Source of the DNA: Macrostomum lignano
Taxonomy: Eukaryota
DNA length: 64,000 bases
Direction of reading: 5' to 3'
NCBI GenBank assembly: GCA_002269645.1
Contig: NIVC01000859.1
Coordinates: 248,001 to 312,000 of the forward strand
In this document: in pieces, positions 34,566-47,976 of the stretch
Layout of the letters: every line of letters begins with the position of its first letter
Numbering within the stretch: position 1 is the first letter of the stretch
Made by a program: the position numbers and the translations under genes
The notes under the pieces: generated by a model
Database searches by the model: none
Told to the model about the DNA's origin: nothing
What the model saw: only the letters and a program-made list of their open reading frames with translations

Positions 34566-36165
34566 TCCAGCACAGGCTGTAACCGCGATAGCAGCATGCG
34601 GTTGAACAGCTTCGCGGCGCAGGACTGTAGGCAGATGCCTTCTTCTTCTTCTTCTTCGGGCGTGCTCGGGCCAGGGCCCATGGCACCGGGCGTCAGATGG
34701 CGCCCGCCTTCCCGAGGAAGTTCAACACCGCGACGCAGTTCTCGAAAACTGCCGCGGGCTCCGGGCTTGGCCCCCAGAGGCGGCAGCGGTGAGATGTCAG
34801 GGCGGGGCAGGAGATCAGCAGATGGGCCGCCGTCTCCTCTCCATCACCACAGAAGCGGCAGGTGGGGGCCACGTCATCGCCGATGGCGGCCTGGAAGCCC
34901 CGCAGGGCCGGGCAGCGGTCGGCGCGCAGCTGGCAGATCAGCCGCTCCTGCCGCCGCGTGAGGTCGCTTGTCGGCTGAGGCGGCAGGCGGCCCGCCGTGC
35001 AGGCAAGGTGCCAGGCAAGCGAGCTCGTGCTCGCCGCCTCGGTGGCCGCCGCGTTGTAGATCTGGTGCCAGCGGGCGAGGCAGTGGCGGCGGACGGCAGC
35101 CTGCGCGGCAGCTAGCGGGACGGGCGCGGTGCCTTGCGCCAGCGTGGTGCCTTGCTTGGCGATCTCGTCCACGGCCTCGTTGCCTGGGATTCCCGCGTGG
35201 CCAGGCACCCACTGCAGGTGGACCGAGGTTCCCCGGGCCGCGAGGTCGGCGAGGGTAGGCAGATGCCTCGATGCTCCTCGAGCTTGGTGGTGCCCGGCTT
35301 CTTTGGAATGGCGACGATGTGCGCCGTGGTCCATTCGTTTGGCGCCACTTCACCGGAAAGCACGCGGTTTATCACTCTGGCAACCTCAGTGGCCACGCAG
35401 TGGATTTGCAGCGCCTCGGTGGGCACCTCGTCCGGACCAAGCGCTTTGCCGCCCGGCGACTGCCGAGCGAACTTCACAACGTCGGCTGTGCTGACTGGGG
35501 CAACGTTGAAGCTCTCCTCCGCCGGCTCAGATTTTCTGGAAGCGGAGGGGGCGGCGCGTTGACAATGGCGGCGAAGAACTCGCGCAGCTTGTTCCTGCGC
35601 TCATCCGGAGTGTCGCCTGCCAGGTTGAGCGCGATGCGCCGCTTTCGCCCCGTTAGAGTGTTGATGACGGACCAGGCCACGCGCCCTCTGGCATCGGGCC
35701 CTGCGGCAGAGACGGCTTAGATGGCGTCATCGACAGCGGACTGCTGCCGCTGCAGGTAGACAGCCGCCAGAGCCTCCTCCGCCTCGCGAGTTTGCCGCCC
35801 ACTCAGACGGAGCCTCTCCAGATCTTCCCTCGCTTCGTCGATCGCGGGGTCGTCCTGCCAGACCGGCTGCCCGCGCTGGGCCGGTCGCATCAGCGGGACT
35901 GCTTGCTCCGCAGCGGCTCGAACTGCAGCGCTCACCTCCGCGTACTCGGCTCCTCCACGCTTGTCGCCCAGCGCAGTGACAAAGGCACCGGCAAAGCGAC
36001 GTCGCGTCTCGGCGTCCCTGAGCGCGCGGTAGTAGCGCCGCGGTGGCCGCTTTGGCGGACGGTAGAGCGGGTCCCGAAGCCGAAGGTCGCAGATGAGCAG
36101 CCGATGGTCGGACCGCAGAGCCAGCGGCGTAATGGTGCGGCAGTTGATGACGCGGCGGCGCCACT
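34566..36165 (-). mobile_element. RTE-like LINE ORF2 fragment (endonuclease C-end to RT domain 1), frameshifted and interrupted by a nested LINE
   Basis: RSDHRLL (APE end), GKALGPDEVP, EWTTAHIVAIPKKPG..EHRGICL, then after the insert QSCAAKLFNRMLLSRLQPVL. Confidence 0.85.
34641..35254 (-). mobile_element. 5-prime-truncated RNase H-bearing LINE (I/Ingi-like) with a (GAA)n tail and 14-bp TSD
   Basis: LQWVPGHAGIPGNEAVDEIAK (RNase H), CRFC-x8-H-x4-C knuckle, stop codon, gaagaagaa tail. gtaggcagatgcct occurs at 34627-34640 and 35255-35268. Confidence 0.9.
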
Positions 36166-36494
36166 ATCCTCAGCAGCCTAGAACTTAATTAAGTCTGAAA
36201 GAACTACCTAAGCAGTTTTCAGTTTGTCCCTTTGCAGTCCGCATGAATGATCCTTTCGCCAATCTGCAGTTCCCCTCAGCAGTCTGCAGTTCTCCTCTCG
36301 GCGGGCTCCTCAGTATATTTAACAAACTGAAATAAAGGATTCTTTCAAGAATCTTTTTTTTCTCAGCATTTATTACAGTTCACTAATCAATTTTTGATAC
36401 ATATCGGCAGTTTTATCCCAATTCAGTCTTGTTAAATTTAGCAGCTTAGCAACTTCATACTTTCATAGAGCTAGTAGGCAATACCTAAGGCATA

Positions 36495-36640
36495 CACTAA
36501 TCTGGGCTGAGTGCTAATCTGGGGAGAGTGGGGCTAATCTGGGGGTGTGCGGCTAACATGGGGGGAGTAGTGCTAATCTGGAGGAAGTGGGGCTAATTTG
36601 GTGGTGTAGGGCTAATGTGGGAGAATAGTGCTAATCTGGT
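36495..36640 (+). repeat. Degenerate ~19-bp repeat (gggctaatctgggg...)
   Basis: About 7 units with a gctaatctg core. Confidence 0.7.
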
Positions 36641-38014
36641 GACGATTTGAAAATAACTAATAATCATAAAAGAACTATAAATGAATTGACATTTCAAAGT
36701 TTCAAATATTAAGAAATGTAACTTTTTAGTACTTTTTAGCTCTCAGTAAAATTGGTGTACAACTGCTTAGAGATTTGCTACTGCAGAACTTCTCGAATAT
36801 TAGTGAGATTTGCTCAGCGACTGTGCAAAACTGCTTATAGACAAGCGCTAAACTGCTAAGAAGCCACCCGGAGGGGGCTAAATGGCTAGTTTGAGCTATA
36901 GTTCTTTGAGTTATTTCTTTAAAACTCAAATGTGCCTTAACGAGTAGTATATACAGCCAGAATTAACAATCATACATGTCCATGTATGGAAATTAATACA
37001 TCGATGATCATGTATGGCTATTCTGCCATCCATGGAATGAGCATGAAATCATCTACATGTATGAACATGGATCGGTCCATACATGATCAGGGATGATGCA
37101 TGGATGGGTGCAATGCATGGATCATCCATGATCTGGCCATGATTCCGGCCCTGGTGATCTACATTAATCTACTTCTACATGCAACAGTGTCCTTCCCAGC
37201 CGGCCCGCACGCGTACCAAGATTACATGTACAACTCGAAACAATACTTACATGTACTGTTGTACGCAGGGGCGAGAATTAGTGTACTACAATCTCATCTA
37301 CTACCAAATGAGTCATCTAATTATGTATAGCTCACATCGTATATGTACATTAATCCCATGTACAATAACTCATGTACTCGTATATGTACATTAATCCCAA
37401 ATTGTAGCTGTACATGTCTATCCCAAATTGTATATGTACGCAGTACATACTTCTACATTAATCTCCAATACGACTCCAGTATTGGAGTTTCTACTGTAAG
37501 GACTCCAGTATTAGATCGGTAGTCCAGTTTAGCTCTCAGTGCAATGCTAAACTGCTCAGCGGCTCGGGTAGTTTTGATTAGTTGTAAGTTGCGGGAGCAC
37601 CTGACTACTTGCAGAATCTTTACCATGAGCAGCTTGGTCTGGCGTGAATTTGAGAAGTGGACCTGGATTACAATTTGCAGTCGGCAATTTGGCATTTTGC
37701 AGAGTGGTTTTCACGCTATGCGAACAACATGTTCTTATAGATTTCGGCAACCCGAGTCGAATATGGCGCCGGTCCCAGCGCGCCAGAAGGTCGTCCAGAA
37801 AAGTTATTTGCACTTTTTGCTGTTGCAAAATCGAAACTCCAGTATTGGAGTTTCTACTGTAAAGACTCCAGTATTGGATCGGTAGTCCAATTGTTTTCTC
37901 GGCAGTCCAATATGTTTTCGTGAACCATTTATTGAAAAATAAAAAAATCAGCACCCAGAAATTGTCAATAATAATAAAAAATAAGTTTTGCTCCAAGTGC
38001 GACGTTGAATTTTA

Positions 38015-39893
38015 CTTTATTTTGACTCTGGCTGCCGAAATGTGTGTCTATCTGTGTTATACAATTACTTTCTAGTTTAGTTTAAAAAATAGAGGCGTAA
38101 AATGGAGGCTGAAAAATGTTTTCGCAAGTAAAAGCACGTCGATTGTGAGTTGAATTAAGTCAATGAGGCGTTGTCTCCTTTTGCGGCCTTTCTCTTTTGG
38201 CGCTGCGTCTCTGTTATACTCTGTTTAAAAAACAAAAAAGTATACTCGTTTTTGTAAACGTTTATTTTGTGTGTAGTTTGTGTTTTGGGAGTACTAGTAG
38301 GTTTCTTTATTGCTACTTGTAGTAGTAGCCAAAGCTGCTTATTAAACCAATGAATATCGTATCACGAAGGCTAAGATATGGATTATCCTTTGTGATTAGC
38401 CTGCGAGCTTCGAACTTCTGTGTGAATTCGGTTAGCCAAATTCAAATCCAAATCTAAACTTTGCAGCAGCAGCAACAGGACCAACATGAAGGTCGAGGAA
38501 TACGTGCAGGCAGGCCCAGAAGGCATGGGTGCTGACACAATCGAGCCCGCACCTGTCGGTGCTCAGTTTGTTTGCCCAGTTGGCAAATTTGCCATCTGGG
38601 TAAACATGCAGGGCCGACCCGCACAGGTGCGGGATCGGTTGTACCCATGTCTTCTGGGCGTCGGAGGTGCTGCAGGCGGCCGTCGGCACGCCGCGCAGAC
38701 CTACCAGTATTCTGGAGGGAACTCCGTAAGTACTCATCCTATGTTATTATTTCCCTTTCCTTGCCACTTGCTCTCGCTCTCTCGCTCTTGCTCTCACTCT
38801 CGCTCTCGCTCTCACGCTCTCGCTCTCATGCTCTCACGCTCTCGCTCTCTTGCTCTCACTCTCTCTTTCGCTCACACTCTCGCTCTCTTGCTGACCTGAG
38901 AGCTGTATCCCACCCATCCCATTTCATTTTACTCCAGAGAATGTACTGGCGCGCGGGTGCCGACTGGGTCTTTTGGACCCACGGGGTGCAGCTGCGGGGG
39001 GGCGACCTGCGTAACCTGCCGGCCATCGTGCAGGGGTCGCTCGCCCCGCAGCCGCAGCAGCCGCAACAGCCGCAGCAGCCGCAGCAGCCGCAACAGCCGC
39101 AGCAGCCGCAGCAGCCGCAGCAGCAGCAACAGCATCAGGCGGCAGCAGCGGTCATCGACCGCCTTGATGCTGCGCAGCTGCGCCAAGTGCTGGAGCTGCC
39201 TCCGGTTGGTAGGTGATGAGTATTTACTCGGTGAACACTGTGTGAGAGCTTAAATGCTGAGAGCTTAAATGCTGAGAGCTTAAATGCTGAGAGTTTTTGC
39301 TGAAAGCTAATTTTTCTTTGTTTGGCAATTTTTTTTTGCCATTGCCTGGCAATGTGCATTAGAACAGATTGAAGGATTTTAACTGTTCTTACTTAGAAGT
39401 AGGATGTATCAGACGCAACTGTGACTAAAGTGATATAAGAAACTAAAATTTGTACAAATATTTTCGATTTCCAAGTAATTGTCAATTAGCGCTCTTTACT
39501 AAATAAAATAAAATTCCACTTTCTTCGGAATCACGATGCCATCTCCCTTGGTTCCCATGCTATGACATTCTAAATTTATGAACATTAGAACATTATGAAC
39601 ATATGAACTAAATTCATATTTTTTAGCTCAAGCACTAATGCAGACTGCCGCCGCGACCGCCGGCGCCGGAGCAGCAGCAGCACCAGCCGCAGCAGCACCA
39701 GCCGCAGCAGCACCAGCCGCAGCAGCACCAGCCGCAGCAGCAGCAGCCGCAGCAGCAGCAGCCGCAGCAGCAGCAGCAACAGCAGCAGCAGTAGCAGCAC
39801 CAGCCGCAGCAGCACCAGCCGCAGCAGCAGCAGCAACAGCAGCACCAGCCGCAGCAGCACCAGCCGCAGCAGCAGCAGCAACAGCAGCACCAG

Positions 39894-39928
<35 letters not shown>

Positions 39929-41814
39929 CCTTTATTTTGACTCTGGCTGCCGAAATGTGTGTCTATCTGTGTTATACAATTACTTTCTAGTTTAGTTTAA
40001 AAAATAGAGGCGTAAAATGGAGGCTGAAAAATGTTTTCGCAAGTAAAAGCACGTCGATTGTGAGTTGAATTAAGTCAATGAGGCGTTGTCTCCTTTTGCG
40101 GCCTTTCTCTTTTGGCGTTGCGTCTCTGTTATACTCTGTTTAAAAAACAAAAAAGTATACTCGTTTTTGTAAACGTTTATTTTGTGTGTAGTTTGTGTTT
40201 TGGGAGTACTAGTAGGTTTCTTTATTGCTACTTGTAGTAGTAGCCAAAGCTGCTTATTAAACCAATGAATATCGTATCACGAAGGCTAAGATATGGATTA
40301 TCCTTCGTGATTAGCCTGCGAGCTTCGAACTTCTGTGTGAATTCGGTTAGCCAAATTCAAATCCAAATCTAAACTTTGCAGCAGCAGCAACAGGACCAAC
40401 ATGAAGGTCGAGGAATACGTGCAGGCAGGCCCAGAAGGCATGGGTGCTGACACAATCGAGCCCGCACCTGTCGGTGCTCAGTTTGTTTGCCCAGTTGGCA
40501 AATTTGCCATCTGGGTAAACATGCAGGGCCGACCCGCACAGGTGCGGGATCGGTTGTGCCCATGTCTTCTGGGCGTCGGAGGTGCTGCAGGCGGCCGTCG
40601 GCACGCCGCGCAGACCTACCAGTATTCTGGAGGGAACTCCGTAAGTACTCATCCTATGTTATTATTTCCCTTTCCTTGCCACTTGCTCTCGCTCTCTCGC
40701 TCTTGCTCTCACTCTCGCTCTCGCTCTCACGCTCTCGCTCTCATGCTCTCACGCTCTCGCTCTCTTGCTCTCACTCTCTCTTTCGCTCACACTCTCGCTC
40801 TCTTGCTGACCTGAGAGCTGTATCCCACCCATCCCATTTCATTTTACTCCAGAGAATGTACTGGCGCGCGGGTGCCGACTGGGTCTTTTGGACCCACGGG
40901 GTGCAGCTGCGGGGGGGCGACCTGCGTAACCTGCCGGCCATCGTGCAGGGGTCGCTCGCCCCGCAGCCGCAGCAGCCGCAACAGCCGCAGCAGCCGCAGC
41001 AGCCGCAACAGCCGCAGCAGCCGCAGCAGCCGCAGCAGCAGCAACAGCATCAGGCGGCAGCAGCGGTCATCGACCGCCTTGATGCTGCGCAGCTGCGCCA
41101 AGTGCTGGAGCTGCCTCCGGTTGGTAGGTGATGAGTATTTACTCGGTGAACACTGTGTGAGAGCTTAAATGCTGAGAGCTTAAATGCTGAGAGCTTAAAT
41201 GCTGAGAGTTTTTGCTGAAAGCTAATTTTTCTTTGTTTGGCTTTTTTTTTTTGCCATTGCCTGGCAATGTGCATTAGAACAGATTGAAGGATTTTAACTG
41301 TTCTTACTTAGAAGTAGGATGTATCAGACGCAACTGTGACTAAAGTGATATAAGAAACTAAAATTTGTACAAATATTTTCGATTTCCAAGTAATTGTCAA
41401 TTAGCGCTCTTTACTAAATAAAATAAAATTCCACTTTCTTCGGAATCACGATGCCATCTCCCTTGGTTCCCATGCTATGACATTCTAAATTTATGAACAT
41501 TAGAACATTATGAACATATGAACTAAATTCATATTTTTTAGCTCAAGCACTAATGCAGACTGCCGCCGCGACCGCCGGCGCCGGAGCAGCAGCAGCACCA
41601 GCCGCAGCAGCACCAGCCGCAGCAGCACCAGCCGCAGCAGCACCAGCCGCAGCAGCACCAGCCGCAGCAGCAGCAGCCGCAGCAGCAGCAGCCGCAGCAG
41701 CAGCAGCAACAGCAGCAGCAGTAGCAGCACCAGCCGCAGCAGCACCAGCCGCAGCAGCAGCAGCAACAGCAGCACCAGCCGCAGCAGCACCAGCCGCAGC
41801 AGCAGCAGCACCAG

Positions 41815-41849
<35 letters not shown>

Positions 41850-41850
41850 C
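38015..41850 (+). repeat. Near-perfect tandem duplication, period 1,915 bp, junction at ~39930
   Basis: Paired ORFs 38486/40401 and 38572/40487 are offset by 1915. The junction gcagcaCTTtattttg has CTT microhomology. Confidence 0.95.
38486..39940 (+). pseudogene. Truncated copy of the 3-exon orphan gene (exons 38486-38725, 38938-39208, 39627-39940)
   Basis: Same splice sites as the downstream copy; exon 3 is cut in the Ala tract by the duplication junction and ends APLF*. Confidence 0.7.
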
Positions 41851-42200
41851 CTTCGCTGCCGCCGCCGACACCCCCGCCGCCGCCGCCGGCAACTCTGCCA
41901 CCGCCGCCGGCAACTCCGCCACCGCCGCCGACACCCCCGCCGCCGCCACCGGCAACTCCGCCACCGCCGCCGACACCCCCGCCGCCGCCGCCGCCGCCGC
42001 TGACGCAGAGGGAGAGGCGGCGGCTGCAAACGCAGCCGGCGAGAGAGGCCCGGGCTGCCAAGCGGCGCAAGGTAAACCCGCAACTTAAATACGCGCTGTG
42101 CAACTACGAGTTGTTTTCTGGCATTCTCGCAGGTCTCTGGAAGGGGGGCAACGCGTGCCTTGCGGAAAGTCCATACTTGTCAGTTTCTTTTGTATACTAA
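40401..42200 (+). CDS. Three-exon orphan gene (40401-40640, 40853-41123, 41542-42200), about 389 aa: Trp/Cys-containing N-domain, PQQ tract, poly-Ala/Pro tract, basic NLS-like end
   Basis: TCC|gtaagt...ttactccag|AGA is phase 0 and G|gtaggt...ttttttag|CT is phase 1; both join open frames. Exon 1 differences versus the 10522 copy are mostly synonymous. Confidence 0.7.
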
Positions 42201-44404
42201 CAGTTTAGCCTAAAAGTAGACAAGATTGACCAACTTGACCTTTTGACTAATAGGTTTCCTTAGCTGATAAAACAGCCCTTAAAAGGGCAGTTTCAACAAA
42301 ATTCTATCTTTGCTTCAGGCTTAGAAACTTGCTAAAGTCATAAATAGCCTAGGCCTATAGAGCAGAGATCTAAGGAATAAAGATAAATATATTTCAGTTT
42401 TAGTTAATTCTGTACATTTGTAGTATAACAGCACAACTGATTCAGTGAATCAGTGATTCTTATATTATGCTGTATTATATATAGGCCTATATATACACCA
42501 CATTAATACAGGATATGGATATCAACGCCTATGTATCTACTGTAAAAAAATGAAATGCCTTCGCGAAAAAAGCTTTCATATAGAAATGGCAGACAGTCGT
42601 CAGTCAGAAATCAAACTTACCGTCCAAGTCCAATGCTTAGACTCCTAAGACGCGTTACGTCATTAAGTCTTAAGTCCACATTAACTTACCCAGATAAATT
42701 TATGACTTATCTGGCCTATAGAGTCTATTCTACTTCTACAGGCTGGGTTCCCACTCAAGGGTGGATGCATATCTTATGGCCCCGTTTTAAATTAATTTAA
42801 ATCGGGTTGAATTTACCAAGTAGAAAAACTCACTAATCGATCATTTTAAAAACGAGTGCGGACAATTTTTATTGGACGCGGCAAAAATTCCTCCTATTGC
42901 CAAGTGCCATACCATGCCATTTACGTTACTTGCTACTCATAGTAAAAATGCAACAAAACATTGAGATAATTTTCGCTTAAACTAATCATTTTTATTGAGC
43001 TAAGAGCTTACTTCTCCTTGTTTAAAAGCTAACAGCTAACAAAGCTAACAAAAGCTAACAAAATGAATAATCAATAATTAGACAATTCTTACAAGTTAAC
43101 AAGTTCATACCATTAGTAAGGTGCTAAAAATTAGCAATTCGATTTAAGTATTTTCCAAAATGATCAAACAGTTTTAAAGAGTTATACAACAACAGTCTAA
43201 AAATGTTGGTTGCGCAACTTGGTGCTAGTGCTAGCGCTCCTGTTTGTGGCTGGCGCTCTTTGATACGCTGAGTATGCTCTAATCTTATCCTAAGTAAGTT
43301 ATTAACTAAACAATTTAATTTGGCAGAAAATTCTAAACAGGCTCTAAGAAGCAGTAGACTCCAGTTAGCAGTCCATAAAAACTTAACGTTTTAAAAAGTT
43401 TTTGAACGCGTTTGATGAGAAATAAATTACAAAGAATTCCCCGGGTCGTCAAGCAGAAAGTTTCTTGCTTGTCCTGAAAAGGGCCGTTTTTAAACATTTA
43501 CTAGTTACTACTGCTTTTGCTCGGTCAGAACAGGGTCCTGCAGGCACATTAAAATTAAGAATTCATGTTAAGAGTTTTGAAGCATTCGAATAAAAGTTCA
43601 ATAAAATCAATTCCCTTGGTTATAGTTATAGTTTGTGTGTTGGTCCTGAGCTGAAAGAACGGTTTTGAAGAATTACTATTTACGTTGATCTGCCGGTTCA
43701 GAGCAATGCAGTTACATGAAATTCAATAGTTCATGCTAAGAGTTTTGCTGTGCTCTTTAAATACCTGTCCCCAAGTGAGAGTTTGAGTGGTTGCCCTGAA
43801 AAGGGCCGTTTTATCGATTACTATTTACTTCACTGTTTACCCATAGCGGGCTTTTGCCATTTTGCTATTTATAGCTTACTTAAGCCATTATCCTAACTGG
43901 CTTAGTAGGTAATATATAAATAATTACCTATTATTTCACTAAGATTAATAATTTAAATCTTCCATTTATATATATAGTCTTCCTAAAAGCTTTAAACAGC
44001 AGAATCAGTCACAAATGGAGTTTTACATACCCACTGCCACTACCCAGTCATCATGTGACAGCTGATAGGTCCATTTATAGTTATATTACCTTAATTAACT
44101 TATCTGGGCATGGCATCGTCAAATCAAATCCCCTTCTTGAGGGGAACCCCTTCTCCCCCCAGACCCCTTACCCTTATGCATGTAATATTCCAGCAACATT
44201 GGAAAGTCGGTTCGGCATGCACCGGCAGAGGTCGGCACTCTATATATGCAGTAATGTCTATTGGACTATTCTGAAATCAAAATCAAATTTGCGAGAAAAA
44301 GCTCTGCGGCTGCGGGCTGCGGGCAAATCTGGGCGGAAAAGCTCTCTGTGCCGTCGGCGGGCAATTCGACTGCAGGTGCTACTCGTGCTCGCGCTGCCGC
44401 CTTC

Positions 44405-45285
44405 CCTCTTCTCCCTTCACTCTAACCCCATCTCCCTTCACTCTAACCCCATCTCCCTTCACTCTAACCCCATCTCCCTTCACTCTAACCCCATCTCCCT
44501 TCACTCTAACCCCATCTCCCTTCACTCTAACCCCATCTCCCTTCACTCTAACCCCATCTCCCTTCACTCTAACCCCATCTCCTTTCACTCTAACCCCATC
44601 TCCCTTCACTCTAACCCCATCTCCTTTCACTCTAACCCCGTCTCCCTTCACTCTAACCCCATCTCCCTTCACTCTAACCCCATCTCCTTTCACTCTAACC
44701 CCATCTCCCTTCACTCTAACCCCATCTCCCTTCACTCTAACCCCATCTCCCTTCACTCTAACCCCATCTCCCTTCACTCTAACTCCATCTCCCTTCACTC
44801 TAACCCCATCTCCTTTCACTCTAACCCCATCTCCCTTCACTCTAACCCCATCTCCCTTCACTCTAACCCCATCTCCCTTCACTCTAACCCCATCTCCTTC
44901 ACTCTAACCCCATCTCCCTTCACTCTAACCCCATCTCCCTTCACTCTAACCCCATCTCCCTTCACTCTAACCCCATCTCCCTTCACTCTAACCCCATCTC
45001 CTTTCACTCTAACCCCATCTCCTTTCACTCTAACCCCATCTCCTTTCACTCTAACCCCATCTCCCTTCACTCTACCCCATCTCCCTTCACTCTAACCCCA
45101 TCTCCCTTCACTCTAACCCCATCTCCCTTCACTCTAACCCCATCTCCCCTCACTCTAACCCCCTCTCCCTTCAATCTACCCCATCTCCCTTCACTCTAAC
45201 CCCATCTCCCTTCACTCTAACCCCCTCTCCCTTCACTCTAACCCCTCTCCCTTCACTCTACCCCCTCTCCCTTCACCCTACCTTT
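44405..45285 (+). repeat. Minisatellite M1, 21-bp CTCTAACCCCATCTCCCTTCA
   Basis: Direct tandem array; it explains ORFs 44055-45095 and 44379-44882. Confidence 0.97.
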
Positions 45286-47976
45286 ATATTTCACTATACA
45301 CGCACCCTCTGTGCACGCTCTGTGCACCCTCTGAAGTAGTGCACGCAGTCTGCCTAAACCACTTAAATGCTGCCATGCAAATATTACTTCTCCACTATGA
45401 CCTCTCTTTTCATCAGTAATTTCCCATAGTATTCCCATGGTAACAGCTCTATCTCACCCAGTCTAGCGCGTATCTCAACCAGTTGAGCACATATATCTCA
45501 TCTCAACCAGCCTACTAGTAGCACATATTTCAACCAGTCTAGCACATATCTCACCCAGTCTGCACATCTCATAGTCTTGATGGGTTTCGACCTTTCAGGC
45601 CCCTTGCGAGGAAGCCGTCGGGCCTCAGGTCTCAGAAATAAATCAAATAGAGTCCTGGCCCCCCACTCCTGTCAGATGGTCAGCCCCATGGTAGCTTGAT
45701 CGTGTGGCGAGCAGTCTAGGTCCTATAGCTAAGAGAGTGACAGCGAGAGACGAGCAGGGAGAATTTTGAAAGTAGAAATTAGCTAATCCGCAGATCAACT
45801 AACTCGCTACCACCAGCCCGTACGTCCTGGCTCACCACACCGGGACTCTCGAAATCGGGCTTCCGACTAGAAGGGGCTTTGCACTTACCTGCCAACTAGT
45901 GTATTTTTGCTGTCTATCTCGAAGTCATAGCCGATGATAAGGGACACTGCTGGGACTAGATCGCATTGGCCATGCAGGTACAGAGGGGACTTGTGCAGGG
46001 GATTCTTGCAGTGGCGAGTCTATGGGGTAGCTAAATGTACTATTACATTGCTAAATACGAAGATATGTACTTTTGGCCTTCAACGCGCCAACTAGCCTCT
46101 CATAGCGCTGATGATAGACTAACTCGAACTTCAGAGACCGCATGATTCATCACCCGAGCCGCTTGGCTACCCTAGAGTGCACAAAGTACATCTCTGGCGC
46201 CGATTCTGCACTTCTGGCAGTTTTGCTCACTGATTTGATTGATTGATCGACTGAAAACCGCCTTGCCATTGGTCCACTGTGACCGGCGCCTACTAGCTTA
46301 GCTACTCATCTGAGCCATCGGCGAACAAAGAAATAAAACCGATAAAAATAACTGTTAGATTTAACCTTCTCCTTAGATCACTTCACACTTCAGATTGAAT
46401 TGGAGTTTAGACTACTAGCAGTATTATTAAGTGATTTCTGCCTCAGCAACAGCACTACTGAACAAAATGAGCAAAAGTGTGCGCCTAATCCAGCTACTGA
46501 AACAGGGGACAGATAGGGAATCACCCAATCAAGCAAGTCTAGGTAGCTTCTCACCCAACCAATCAGAAACTCAACAGCCGGAGACCAGGTAATCCACAGT
46601 GACCGAATCGGCTTGATGCTCTGTAGCTGTAGACTCGGGATGATGCTGTCACAGTCTTCGCAGATAGCTAGCAGGTGATGATCTTAACTTTGATGTTCGC
46701 TGCTGATGACCGGGGGATTCGTCCTTGATGATGATGGGGGGGGGGGAAGTCGCAATCCGGGGATCAAGAAACGACGGTCGCGCTCCTGGATGTCTCAAGC
46801 TAGGCTAAGGTCCCCGGAGGTTGAGGTCCGAGCGGGGTCGTAAAAAGATGACAGGTGCGGCCATAAATCACTCAAAATCGCAACAAAATGATTTATGACT
46901 TTTCGCGTAGGATTGACAGAAATTAATGAAAAAATATACATTAGAAAGCTCTTATTAAATAGAAAGTGAAGATAATGAAGAGAAATCGCTAATCGCTAAT
47001 CCCAAAGTACCTTTAGGGGTAAAACGCATAGCTGTCAAAGCTGTCACACGCTTGAGTGAACCCGAACAATAGGCTCTGACCTCATAAATCTTGATGGCCT
47101 GTCAAAATGATGAGAAAAAAGCTACCGCCCGCATCCTCTCAGACCATCTGGCGCCAGTCTCAACACTGAGTGAGGCGCAGGTGGCTGTCAGACCAACTTC
47201 GGAAGCGATGATTTATGACCCAAAAAGCTATGCCCATGTTATTATGACTACTAGTATGACCAGACATTATATCTAGTATAGATTTTATGACTATTCGCAG
47301 AAAAAGGATAAAAATGCCCAGTGCCCACCTGTTAGTAGGCCGGTAAGTTTAGAGCCCATGTGCTAGCGCGGGGTTTGGAAAAAAGTGCGTCCTCATCAGT
47401 CTGAAAAACACTGAGACTTATGCTGGGTGGCCAATAGTTACGAGCTACTTTAATTTAAATATGTATCAAACTGCATTTATATTGGAGGCTTTATATTGCT
47501 ATTTTTTCACAGAGTTTACACGATTCTAGCTAGGATTTTATCCCTAATTCTTAAATTATGAGAAATGTCCTTTATGACTCAATCCTATTATGCAGATCAG
47601 GGGTCAGACAGTCTTTTTTACTTCAAGAGCCTCGTTTTGATGATGATGAGTTCAGCTTATGACTGCGGCACGGATAAGAGTGGAAAGGCGAGAGATAGGA
47701 TGAGACTGGTCAGAGAATAGACAAAACAGCAGATAAGAGAAGATAAAAGAGGAGAGGAGAAGTGGGCGAGAGGAGAAAGAAGAGAGAAGAGGAGAAAGGG
47801 GTGAGAGGAGAGGAAAGGGAGGAGAGGAAAGAGGGTGAGAGGAGAAGGAAGAGAGAAGAGGATAGATAGGTGAGAAGAAAGGGGAACTGGAGAGATCCGA
47901 AGGGTAGAGAGTGTATACTCGTAGAGAAGAGTGGAGAGGAAGGAGAGGGGAGAGAAGAGAAGAGAGCAGAGAAGAG

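Noticed and set aside
41500-42103. Minus-strand poly-Leu, poly-Cys and poly-Gly ORFs
   Set aside because: They are antisense shadows of the GCA/GCC tracts; only the plus frame has splice-phase support.
45590-47300. LTR or retroelement interior in the duplicated unique segment
   Set aside because: I found no recognisable gag/pol motif, PBS or paired LTRs by eye, and frames are closed.
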